55,412 nucleotides of DNA from positions 1 through 55,412 of the forward strand of contig CANRDW010000003.1 of NCBI GenBank assembly GCA_947629505.1, in the 5' to 3' direction. This document shows positions 18,781-26,766 of this stretch, piece after piece. Both the position numbers and the translations under genes were made by a program. The notes under the pieces were generated by a model. It made no database searches. It saw nothing but the letters and a program-made list of their open reading frames with translations, and was not told where the DNA came from. The DNA comes from an uncultured Clostridia bacterium (GTDB taxonomy: Bacteria; Bacillota; Clostridia; Christensenellales; UBA1242). Every line of letters begins with the position of its first letter. Position 1 is the stretch's first letter.

Positions 18781-19647
18781 TCACCAAGTTCTATAACACC
18801 CGCAAGCAAGCGCCTTTGGGCCGATGTGTGTTGCAACAACAAGTGAAAGTGAGTCGCAATATTCAAATTTAACTTTTGGGAATGTCTTTTTGAGTTCTTC
18901 CGCAAATTCAAGTGCTGCGGCATCATTTCTTGTGTGCGCAACTGAAATTCTCATGCTGCCCTCTGCAACAAAACTTGCAAAACGCCCCTCCAAGTCTTTT
19001 TTAAGCGCTTCAATCATCTTTGTTTTTGCAGCCTTTACATTCATAACTTTTGCGTAACTGTCAAGTTTGCCGCCCTGAATTTGAAGCACGGGCTTGATGT
19101 TTAAAACAGTGCCGATTGCTGCGGCAGCCGGGGTGATTCGCCCGCCCTGTTTAAGATATTTAAGTGTGTCAACCATGATGTAGATTGACGAATCCAAAGC
19201 GGTTGCTTCCAAAAATTCTCTGATTTCTTTTGCACTTTTGCCGTTTTTTGCCATGTTAAGCGCATCCATAACGCTGCCACGCATTGTGATTGAAATTCTT
19301 TTGTTGTCCACAACTTGAACTTTCCCGTCAAACTCTTCCGCAAAACTTTGTGCAGTTTCACAACTTTGACTCAGCCCGCTTGAAAGTGGAATATACACAA
19401 TCTCGTCATAGTCTTTCAAAATCTTTTTCCAAAACGCAACAATTTCGTTGATATTTGGCTGAGAAGTGGTGATTCTTGTGCCACTGCCCTGAATCTCATA
19501 GAATTTGTCTTGAGTCAAACTTACGCCTTCAAAATATTCCTCTCCGTCAATAATAAATGGTGTTGGAATTAAAAAGCAGCCAATTTTTTTTGCTTCCTCT
19601 GGTGTAAGCCCACTGTTTGTGTCTGTGACAACCGCAACTTTTTTCAT
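18781..19647 (-). CDS. DegV family fatty-acid-binding protein
   Basis: MKKVAVVTDTNSGL ... typical DegV N-terminus and length. The ATG at 19645..19647 is preceded by GGAGG. Confidence 0.88.
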   Translation of the reverse strand: MKKVAVVTDTNSGLTPEEAKKIGCFLIPTPFIIDGEEYFEGVSLTQDKFYEIQGSGTRITTSQPNINEIVAFWKKILKDYDEIVYIPLSSGLSQSCETAQSFAEEFDGKVQVVDNKRISITMRGSVMDALNMAKNGKSAKEIREFLEATALDSSIYIMVDTLKYLKQGGRITPAAAAIGTVLNIKPVLQIQGGKLDSYAKVMNVKAAKTKMIEALKKDLEGRFASFVAEGSMRISVAHTRNDAAALEFAEELKKTFPKVKFEYCDSLSLVVATHIGPKALACGCYRTW

Positions 19648-19778
19648 TTGAACCTCCGTTTTCAAAGGCATTATAACACAATAAAAAATATATTCAAAGC
19701 AAAAAACGCTAATTTTTCAAAAATTGTTGACGCGACAACATTTTTAACAAAAAATTGCGCCCAAGCATACAAAAGTTT

Positions 19779-20816
19779 ATGTTTTCAATAAGTTTATGTA
19801 TGATTGTCAAAAATGAAGAGGATGTGCTGTCCCGTGTGCTTTCACAGGCAAAGAAATTTGCTGACGAAATTGTAATTGTGGATACAGGCTCAACCGACAG
19901 CACCAAAGAAATCGCCAAAAAATACACCGCTTTGGTGTTTGATTTTAAGTGGTGTGACAATTTCAGTGCCGCGCGAAACTACGCTTTTTCGCTTGGCAAA
20001 TGCGACTATCTCATGTGGCTGGATGCAGACGATTTTGTCACAGACGAGAATATTGAGAAGATTTTAAAATTAAAAAATCAAAACAGTGATGCCGATGTTT
20101 TTATGTGCAAATATTCGATGAATTTTGATGCGGACGGCTTTGCTGAACTTTCTTTTTATCGCGAAAGAATTTTAAAAAGAGAAAAAAATTTCAAATGGAA
20201 CGGTTTTGTGCATGAAGTGATAACTCCAAGCGGCAAAATCGAATACACCGACATTGAAATTCAACATAGAAAGGTGCGCCCAACCCCAAAGGCTCGCAAT
20301 TTGAAAATCTATGAAAAAGCGCTCAAAAATGGAGTGAAATTTTCTCCACGAGAACTTTATTATTATGCGCGCGAACTTTATTACAACAAAAAATATTCTC
20401 TTGCAGCAAAGACACTGAAAAAGTTTTTGAAACTGCCCGCCTATCCGCCGGATAACTTTGAGGCACATCTTTTGCTTGCTGACTGTCAAGACGCCTTATC
20501 CGCCCTTTCCACCCTTTTTGATTGTTTAAAAAAACACTCTCCAAACGGCGAAATTTGCTGCAAAATTGCAAATAATTTTGAGAAAATCAACGAGATTGAA
20601 AGAGCTATTTTTTGGTATAACTGCGCTCTTTTCTGCCCACCTCAAAGTGGCGGTTTTGTGAGAGAAGAATACAACGCTTTTGTGCCAAATGTGGAACTTT
20701 CACGCCTTTTGTATCACACAAACTACCCCCTTGCCAAACAACATTATGAAAAAGCCAAAGCCCTCCGCCCCAACAGCGAAGTCATACACCACAACGAAAA
20801 ATTCTTTGAAAAATAA
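19779..20816 (+). CDS. Family 2 glycosyltransferase with a C-terminal TPR-like helical region
   Basis: SLCMIVKNEEDVLSRVL ... IVIVDTGSTDSTKEIA ... WLDADD (GT2 DxD). The C-terminal half is helical-repeat-like. I prefer the ATG at 19779 over the TTG at 19755. Confidence 0.8.
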   Translation: MFSISLCMIVKNEEDVLSRVLSQAKKFADEIVIVDTGSTDSTKEIAKKYTALVFDFKWCDNFSAARNYAFSLGKCDYLMWLDADDFVTDENIEKILKLKNQNSDADVFMCKYSMNFDADGFAELSFYRERILKREKNFKWNGFVHEVITPSGKIEYTDIEIQHRKVRPTPKARNLKIYEKALKNGVKFSPRELYYYARELYYNKKYSLAAKTLKKFLKLPAYPPDNFEAHLLLADCQDALSALSTLFDCLKKHSPNGEICCKIANNFEKINEIERAIFWYNCALFCPPQSGGFVREEYNAFVPNVELSRLLYHTNYPLAKQHYEKAKALRPNSEVIHHNEKFFEK

Positions 20817-20817
20817 G

Positions 20818-20907
20818 TGGCGCAGAGAAAGAGATTCGAACTCTTGGTGCAATTTCTCGCACACAGCCTTTCCAGGGCTGCACCTTAAACCACTCGGACA
20901 TCTCTGC
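20818..20907 (-). tRNA. tRNA-Ser (anticodon GGA), class II with long variable arm, CCA encoded
   Basis: Minus strand: GCAGAGA-TG-TCCGAGTGGTTTAAGG-...-CAGCC CTGGAAA GGCTG-variable arm-AAGAG TTCGAAT CTCTT-TCTCTGC-G-CCA. The cloverleaf folds by hand and is 90 nt long. Confidence 0.93.
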
Positions 20908-20951
20908 ATAGGTTTAATATAGGAATTTTTATATTAAGTTTTTTGACCTTA
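20887..20951. repeat. Direct repeat copy A (tRNA-Ser 5' part plus ~45 nt of upstream region)
   Basis: aaaccactcggacatctctgcataggtttaata..aggaatttttatattaagttttttgacctta is repeated at 21080..21143, with a few substitutions and a small indel. Confidence 0.85.
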
Positions 20952-20961
20952 ATCACTTTAT

Positions 20962-20976
20962 GTGGTTTAAGGTGCA
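20962..20976. repeat. Inverted 15-nt copy of the tRNA-Ser D-arm segment
   Basis: gtggtttaaggtgca (20962..20976) is the exact reverse complement of tgcaccttaaaccac (20879..20893) inside the tRNA gene. Confidence 0.85.
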
Positions 20977-21079
20977 TTTCGGGGTCCCCACAAATGTTTA
21001 CATTTTTGGGGAAAAGTGAGAAACAAACGTAAAGTTGCAGTTTTGTTTCAAAACTCAACAAAAGTGCAGTTTCGAACGC

Positions 21080-21143
21080 AAACCACTCGGACATCTCTGC
21101 ATAGGTTTAATAAGGATTTTTGATATTAAGTTTTTTGACATTA
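21080..21143. repeat. Direct repeat copy B; includes a truncated tRNA-Ser 5' fragment (21080..21100, minus strand)
   Basis: The first 21 nt of the tRNA (GCAGAGATGTCCGAGTGGTTT) and the upstream region are duplicated. The sequence then diverges, and no matching 3' acceptor strand follows. Confidence 0.8.
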
Positions 21144-21237
21144 TGTTCGTAGAAGATAATATCATAAAATTGACATAAAATCAATTATTTTTTAAATTTA
21201 TTTTGAAAAAACAAATGTTTTTTGTTAATATAACAAC

Positions 21238-21918
21238 ATGAAAACGGAAGAAAAACAGATTAAAGCGATTATTTTTGATTTGGACGGGGTCATTTTTGAC
21301 AGCGAAAGTGAATATCGCAAAATTTACAAAGAAGTGAACAAAGAATTTCATTTCCACATCACTGAGCGTGAAAGACAGGCTTTCAACTCTATGAAATGGA
21401 CAAACATGAAGTCATTTTTAAAGGAAAAATATCCAAACTTGGATGCCGAAAGTTATGTCAATCGAATCCGTGCAAAATCGATTGAGAGAGAAAAGAGTGA
21501 AAAGCCTATCAAAATGAAAAAGGGCTTTTTGCACTTGATTGAATTTTTGAAAACGCAAAATCTTAAAACCGCCCTTGCAACAAGCAGCAACAAAAAGAAA
21601 ATAAACAAAATTTTCTTTTCTTACAATTTGGACTGCACAAAACTTTTTGATGAAATTGTTTGTGCGGACGATGTTGAGCATTCAAAACCCTCCCCAGACA
21701 TCTATATTGTGGCTTGTGAAAAACTTGGCTTTGCACCTGACGAATGTTTGGTGCTTGAGGACTCAATTGGAGGCATCACTTCCGCCACTGCTGCAGGATG
21801 TAAAGTAATAGTTGTGAAAGACAAAATTGTGCCACCAAAAGAAGTTAGACAAAATTGTGTAAAAGTTGTAAAAAATTTAAAAATTGCAGAAAAATTGATA
21901 AAAAAACGCTTAAATTAA
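21238..21918 (+). CDS. HAD-superfamily hydrolase (beta-phosphoglucomutase-like subfamily IA)
   Basis: IKAIIFDLDGVIFDSE (DxD motif I), ATSS (motif II) and VLEDSIGGITSATAAG (motif IV). Confidence 0.85.
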   Translation: MKTEEKQIKAIIFDLDGVIFDSESEYRKIYKEVNKEFHFHITERERQAFNSMKWTNMKSFLKEKYPNLDAESYVNRIRAKSIEREKSEKPIKMKKGFLHLIEFLKTQNLKTALATSSNKKKINKIFFSYNLDCTKLFDEIVCADDVEHSKPSPDIYIVACEKLGFAPDECLVLEDSIGGITSATAAGCKVIVVKDKIVPPKEVRQNCVKVVKNLKIAEKLIKKRLN

Positions 21919-21929
21919 GCGTTTTTTTT
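21901..21929. terminator. Bidirectional intrinsic terminator
   Basis: aaaaaACGCTTAAatTTAAGCGTtttttttt overlaps the HAD stop codon. Confidence 0.6.
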
Positions 21930-21937
21930 GATGTTTT

Positions 21938-22939
21938 TTATAATTTTTTTATTATTGAGTCCAAAAGTTGCGGGTCTGAAAGCAGTTTCCCTGCGCCCAA
22001 AATTGTCACATTGTCAACGTCCTCAGAAATCTCAACAGGATATTTCAAATGCTTTTTCAAATAGTCCTCAAGCCCCTGCATTTTAGAGCATCCTCCAACA
22101 AGCAAAATTTTGTTGTTTATGATGTCCGCAACAATCTCTGGTGCGAGGGTGTTTATTGTTGTGTCGATGGCGCGCACAATTTCGCTGTAAAATGGCTCGA
22201 TTGCTTTTCTAAGTTGATTTGACAAAATCACAATCGTCTTTGGAGTTTTTGTCTTTGCATCCACGCCCGTGATTTCCATGTTTAAGGTGTCATTTGAATA
22301 CAAACTTCCAACTTCATTTTTCAAAATTTCTGCTGTTGGCAAGCCAATCACAAAATCCTCTGAATAAGCAAGAAAATTCACAATTGAGGCATCAATACTT
22401 TTTCCGCCAATTCCAAGGGTTGCGCCCTTTATGATGCTTGACATGTTGATGACAGCAAGGTCAGTTGCCGTGCCGCCTATGTCCACAACCATGTTCACTT
22501 TTGAAGAGTCAATATTTCTTCCCTCTCCAACACAAGAACACAACACAGATGGCACAAGTGTCACATAGCCCAAATTTGCCGCTTCACAAACATTTAAGAT
22601 ATTGTCTTTTTCACGTGCAGTAAGCCCACATGGAACAACAAAAATTGCGTTGTCCTCATATGCTTTAAAGCCAATTTTGCTTAAAAAATGTTTAAGCAAA
22701 ACAACGGAATATTCAAAATTAGAATGTTCGCCACTTACACTTGGAGTGAAAATTTCAACATTTTCCTTGGTTTTTCCAACAAGTTTTTTTGCATCATTGC
22801 CCATGGCGATAACTTTATAGCCGTCCTCACTTGGCTCTGCAGCGATAAGGGTTGGCTCTTTCAACGCAAGCCCCTCACCTTTCACATAAATGCAGGTGTA
22901 GCCTCCGCCCATTTCAATCGCATACTTAAATTTCTTCAT
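21938..22939 (-). CDS. Divergent MreB/Mbl-like actin homologue
   Basis: Colinear with MreB: EPTLIAAEP, VVPCGLTAREKDNIL, MVVDIGGTATDLAVI, LLVGGCSKMQGLEDYLKKHL. The phosphate-1 motif is EMGGGYT instead of DLGTANT. The start at ATG 22937..22939 is preceded by GGAGGAAG. Confidence 0.7.
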   Translation of the reverse strand: MKKFKYAIEMGGGYTCIYVKGEGLALKEPTLIAAEPSEDGYKVIAMGNDAKKLVGKTKENVEIFTPSVSGEHSNFEYSVVLLKHFLSKIGFKAYEDNAIFVVPCGLTAREKDNILNVCEAANLGYVTLVPSVLCSCVGEGRNIDSSKVNMVVDIGGTATDLAVINMSSIIKGATLGIGGKSIDASIVNFLAYSEDFVIGLPTAEILKNEVGSLYSNDTLNMEITGVDAKTKTPKTIVILSNQLRKAIEPFYSEIVRAIDTTINTLAPEIVADIINNKILLVGGCSKMQGLEDYLKKHLKYPVEISEDVDNVTILGAGKLLSDPQLLDSIIKKL

Positions 22940-24143
22940 TTTCTTCCTCCAAATAAGTAAATTGAACATTTTGTGTCACTGCACTTTCATTATTTCCAAA
23001 GACAATCGTCACTTCATCTCCACTTTCTATGTGGTGAATTGCAAGCATAAGGTCACATCGAGTGAAAACAGTGTAATTTGTGCCATTTACTTTAACATAG
23101 TCAATTCGACTGTTTGCATCAATCTGCACATCTTTGTAAACAAAAGGTTTCAACAGATAAAATCCATCCACCTCGCCTAAAATAAAACCAATAATGTCGT
23201 CTGTGTATGGCTGCCAAGTGCCGTCAAAGTAAAAATTTGTTGGATTGTTGTTGTAATCTTCTTCTTGAATGTTCATGGAAAGGTCATAGTTATATTCAAA
23301 TTCAACCCTATCAAGCCCAAGGAACAAATTTGCAAGTGGCATATCATACTCTAAATCATTATAATATTTTTCAACAACATTGTCAAAAAATAATTCAATA
23401 TTTGATATAGGAAGAAAAACATTTACATCTTTTGAATCAAAATCAAACTTATCTGGGCAAGAAAAGCCCAAAACATGGGCATCTCTGTCAAAAACAATCC
23501 CGTCTAATATGTTTTGATTGTAAGAAACTGCAACGGCATTTTCCCAAACATAGTCCAAAGCAACATAGTCATCTTTTTCTGTCACAAATGGCACGATACA
23601 ATATCCAACAAGGCTGGATTTGGCATATTTTGCCCCATTTTGAAGAGGTGAATTTACAATCAACACATTCTCCTGTCCCACACCACTATATTTGACAAAC
23701 GGAATTTTAATTTCTGCCTTTTCATTTTGAATATTGACGCATTTGATAATTGCAACATCCAAATTCTTTTCGCTGTAAAGCAATTTGCCGTTGTAGACAT
23801 TACCTTTGCTGTCTTTCACACTTAAAACAGAGCCCTCTTGCATAGAAGAAAGTGTGTGATAAGGGCAAACAACAAAGCCATCTTTTCTTACATTCACCCC
23901 TGTAATAGAGATTGTTTCATTTTCTTCAAAATCGCCTTTTACATTAAAACTGACCTCAACCACGCTGTCCATATACAGTTCTGACAGAGATTTGTCTGAT
24001 TGAAGAGGCCAAAAAGCAAGTTTGACTGAAATATCATATGGATTGATGTAATAAAAATAAACAACAATAAACAAATAGCACAAAGCAACTGCTAAAAGTG
24101 CAAAAACAATATATGCAATAAGTTTTTTTGTGTCTTGCTTCAT
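22926..24143 (-). CDS. Membrane-anchored protein with a trypsin-like (S1C/HtrA-like) fold that appears to lack the catalytic serine
   Basis: N-terminal TM helix (LIAYIVFALLAVALCYLFIVVYFYY). His-like region GFVVCPYHTL, Asp-like region NLDVAIIKC, and NQNILDGIVFD where GNSGGP is expected. Pattern match by eye only. Confidence 0.4.
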   Translation of the reverse strand: MKQDTKKLIAYIVFALLAVALCYLFIVVYFYYINPYDISVKLAFWPLQSDKSLSELYMDSVVEVSFNVKGDFEENETISITGVNVRKDGFVVCPYHTLSSMQEGSVLSVKDSKGNVYNGKLLYSEKNLDVAIIKCVNIQNEKAEIKIPFVKYSGVGQENVLIVNSPLQNGAKYAKSSLVGYCIVPFVTEKDDYVALDYVWENAVAVSYNQNILDGIVFDRDAHVLGFSCPDKFDFDSKDVNVFLPISNIELFFDNVVEKYYNDLEYDMPLANLFLGLDRVEFEYNYDLSMNIQEEDYNNNPTNFYFDGTWQPYTDDIIGFILGEVDGFYLLKPFVYKDVQIDANSRIDYVKVNGTNYTVFTRCDLMLAIHHIESGDEVTIVFGNNESAVTQNVQFTYLEEENEEI

Positions 24144-24155
24144 TTTTCACCAAAA

Positions 24156-25637
24156 CTAGATGATTTGCAAACTCTTTTTGAAAATCTTTTTAAAATCATC
24201 GGCAACTTTCATGCTTTGAATAATCTCAAAGGATGGGTCGCTGCTGACAATAGTTTTCATGATTATAGAATCGCCCAAAATATCGCAAACTATGTCCGTG
24301 ATAACATTTTTTCTTGAAGCGTTTAAGTTGACTGCCAAACTTACAAGCACGCCCATTTTTCTGACTGCTTCAACATCTTCATCAGAGAGAATTTCTTTAT
24401 ATTTCATGATTTCAGTCAAATTGAAGTTGTCAAGATTTTGGCATGTGCAGGCAAGAGCAGCCAAAAGCAAGTCTTTTTGAGTTGCCCCAGCAATATTTGC
24501 ATTCAAAATCGTGTAATAAGCGTGTTTTTCGTTGTTCTGGAAACTTATATATTTGCCGCAGTCAAACATGTATGCAGCAATTTTAAGAGGTTTTACATAC
24601 ACTCTTGGAAGTTTATGCACAACTTTAAGTTGTTTAAACAACAATATTGCCATTTCATAAACTTGGCTGTTGATTGCAAGCCCCTCTTTTTTAAATTCAT
24701 AATATCCGTCAAGGCTGTTTTGCAAAAGGTCGGCATATTTTTCATTTGCTGTGCCAACCAAGTTTGAAAGCACAACTCCCTCAAGCGCATTGGCAGTTGA
24801 AACGGTGATTTGTGGAACTTTCATCACATCAAAAATTGCACTGACAATTGCAAGCCCACCGTTTATGCTTTCTGCACCATTATTTCCAAGCCCTTTGATT
24901 TTCTTCACTTTTTGAGTGTCAAGCCCACCGACAAAATCCAAAACTTTTCCAAACTGTGTGTTTGTTAAGTCATAGTTGTTGTCGATGTCGAGTGGAAATC
25001 TAATCAATTTCTTTGCAATTCTTGCGACATCAATGAATGTTGTGCCGCAACCAAGCACAGTGTCCTCTTCAAAATTTTTGATGAGAGATGCTTTTTTGAG
25101 TTCTTTTTTCACAAGCGCAACTTTATCTTGGAAACTCCCCTCAACAACGGACAAATTGCTGTGTCCATAAGGAATTTTGTTGTATTCCACAACGTTGCGT
25201 CTGTTGAATTTCAAAATATATGTTTCATAAGAGCCAACACTGACGATATAGCCCTTTGAAGCATCAATGTTTGCCATGGAAGAAAGATAAACATTTTTGA
25301 CAACTTCTTCATCATTTGAAATCAAGAAATTCATGCCTGTATTTGTGTAAATTTCATCCAAAAAGCCGCGATAGTTTCTTGCCTTAACAATTATGTTGGA
25401 GCAAACAGCAATCATTTTGCCAACCTTAAAAGTTTCAATCGTGTAACGATATATATTTAAAATTTTAAGGATGTCATTCTTTGTTTTTGGACTGAATAGG
25501 CATTCTTTGACGATGTCATTTGTAAGATCATAATAATTTTCGACATCTTCCAAAATTCTGTATCTTCCGTTTCTGCTTTGAACGATTAAAAGATGAACTT
25601 TCTTTTCGTCAAGTTTGATATAAGCGATATTTTCCAT
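24156..25637 (-). CDS. Ppx/GppA-family (ASKHA fold plus HD-like C-terminal domain) protein with degenerate catalytic motifs
   Basis: IAVCSNIIVKARNYRGFLDEIYTNTGMNFLISNDEEV ... IVSVGSYETYI parallels the Ppx/GppA motifs. The C-terminal MFDCGKYIS ... KHAYYTILNANIAGATQKDLLLAA parallels LHDIGK ... KHS.YI. The N-terminal DxGSNS is replaced by KLDEKK. Confidence 0.5.
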   Translation of the reverse strand: MENIAYIKLDEKKVHLLIVQSRNGRYRILEDVENYYDLTNDIVKECLFSPKTKNDILKILNIYRYTIETFKVGKMIAVCSNIIVKARNYRGFLDEIYTNTGMNFLISNDEEVVKNVYLSSMANIDASKGYIVSVGSYETYILKFNRRNVVEYNKIPYGHSNLSVVEGSFQDKVALVKKELKKASLIKNFEEDTVLGCGTTFIDVARIAKKLIRFPLDIDNNYDLTNTQFGKVLDFVGGLDTQKVKKIKGLGNNGAESINGGLAIVSAIFDVMKVPQITVSTANALEGVVLSNLVGTANEKYADLLQNSLDGYYEFKKEGLAINSQVYEMAILLFKQLKVVHKLPRVYVKPLKIAAYMFDCGKYISFQNNEKHAYYTILNANIAGATQKDLLLAALACTCQNLDNFNLTEIMKYKEILSDEDVEAVRKMGVLVSLAVNLNASRKNVITDIVCDILGDSIIMKTIVSSDPSFEIIQSMKVADDFKKIFKKSLQII

Positions 25638-25658
25638 AACAGCCTCTCTTTTAAAAAT

Positions 25659-25829
25659 TTATTTGTCTATGTCAATGGCTTCAACCGGGCAACTTGCTTG
25701 GCAAGCACCACAATGAATGCACTTTGACTTGTCAATCTCTGCTTTTCCGTCTTTGCCGAAAGAGATTGCTCCCACAGGGCAAATTGAAACACAAGTTCCG
25801 CAAGAGATGCATTTGTTTTTATCAACCAT
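25659..25829 (-). CDS. 2x[4Fe-4S] ferredoxin, 56 aa (below the ORF-track length cutoff)
   Basis: My translation: MVDKNKCISCGTCVSICPVGAISFGKDGKAEIDKSKCIHCGACQASCPVEAIDIDK. It has two CxxCxxCxxxCP motifs and AAAGGAGAGG upstream. Confidence 0.9.
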   Translation of the reverse strand: MVDKNKCISCGTCVSICPVGAISFGKDGKAEIDKSKCIHCGACQASCPVEAIDIDK

Positions 25830-25883
25830 AGTCCTCTCCTTTATTTACGCTTATAATATAACATAAAAAAGAGAATTTGTCCA

Positions 25884-26246
25884 CTATTTTTTAAATACTT
25901 TTATAAATTCAATCACTGCCAAAGCACATAAAAAGCCGCCAAAAATCATTTTTAAGATTTTGGAAGGCAAAAAAGACATCAAAAAAGAGCCTAAAATTGA
26001 AAAAATCACGCCAAAAAAAATGATAAAAAATAAATTTTTTGTGACGATATATCCATGACGATAATGGATGAATAACGAAAAGATTGCCATCACCAAAAAC
26101 GACAGCAAATTTATCCCCTGTGCAAGTTTTTGGTCAACACCCAAAAAGATGGTGAGAATTGGAATTAAAATTGTTCCGCCGCCCATGCCTAAACCGCCGA
26201 AAACACCTGACAAAAAGCCCGCTAAGATATACAAAAAATATATCAT
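25884..26246 (-). CDS. Half-size TSUP (TauE/SafE) family membrane protein, 120 aa
   Basis: Four predicted TM helices and a GGLGMGGGTILIPIL motif. Confidence 0.75.
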   Translation of the reverse strand: MIYFLYILAGFLSGVFGGLGMGGGTILIPILTIFLGVDQKLAQGINLLSFLVMAIFSLFIHYRHGYIVTKNLFFIIFFGVIFSILGSFLMSFLPSKILKMIFGGFLCALAVIEFIKVFKK

Positions 26247-26255
26247 AAAAACTCC

Positions 26256-26636
26256 TTAAAACAAAAGCCGAATTCCGCCCGCAAGCATGATAAACACAAA
26301 GATAATTCTCACCATTTTCGAGGGCAAAAATTTAAGTAAATATGAGCCTAAAATTCCACCCAAAACAACGCCGCTTCCGACAGTGACAAGCGGAAGAGTT
26401 TTCAAATTTCCAGACAACATATAAATGATTGCACTGACAAGAGAAATTGGAAAAATAACCGCGATTGCTGTCGCATGAGAATATTTATTGTCCAAATGAA
26501 GCACCTTTTCAAGTAGAGGCACACAAATCATTCCTCCTCCACCGCCAAAGAAGCCATTGATAAAGCCAATCAGCGCCCCGCAAAGAGATAACAAAATTTT
26601 GTTTTTGGCATTCAATTTTTCCTTTTTTTCTTTCAA
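26256..26636 (-). CDS. Half-size TSUP (TauE/SafE) family membrane protein, 126 aa
   Basis: Four predicted TM helices and a GFFGGGGGMICVPLL motif. TTG start with GGAGG 6 nt upstream. Confidence 0.75.
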   Translation of the reverse strand: MKEKKEKLNAKNKILLSLCGALIGFINGFFGGGGGMICVPLLEKVLHLDNKYSHATAIAVIFPISLVSAIIYMLSGNLKTLPLVTVGSGVVLGGILGSYLLKFLPSKMVRIIFVFIMLAGGIRLLF

Positions 26637-26703
26637 AAAAACCTCCGAAATTTAGATAAAGTTTATTTAATATAAATATTGTCTATAAAAATTAAAAAAA
26701 TAT

Positions 26704-26732
26704 TTGATATTTTGCAAACTATGTGATATAAT
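26704..26732 (+). promoter_or_regulatory. Sigma-A type promoter for the 1283-aa membrane protein gene
   Basis: TTGATA-17 nt-TATAAT with an extended -10 TG (tgTGaTATAAT). Confidence 0.65.
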
Positions 26733-26766
26733 TAGAAAGTTAATTCAACAATGCAAAAGGTGATTT

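Noticed and set aside
20885-21094. 69-aa minus-strand ORF across the tRNA upstream region.
   Set aside because: It starts inside the tRNA stub and ends inside the real tRNA gene. The sequence is better explained by the repeats and hairpins.
20818-21237. Integrative element or prophage attachment site at tRNA-Ser.
   Set aside because: The duplicated segment is the 5' end plus the upstream region of the tRNA, not the 3' end that integrases usually target. No integrase, excisionase or phage gene flanks the locus; the neighbours are a glycosyltransferase and a HAD hydrolase.
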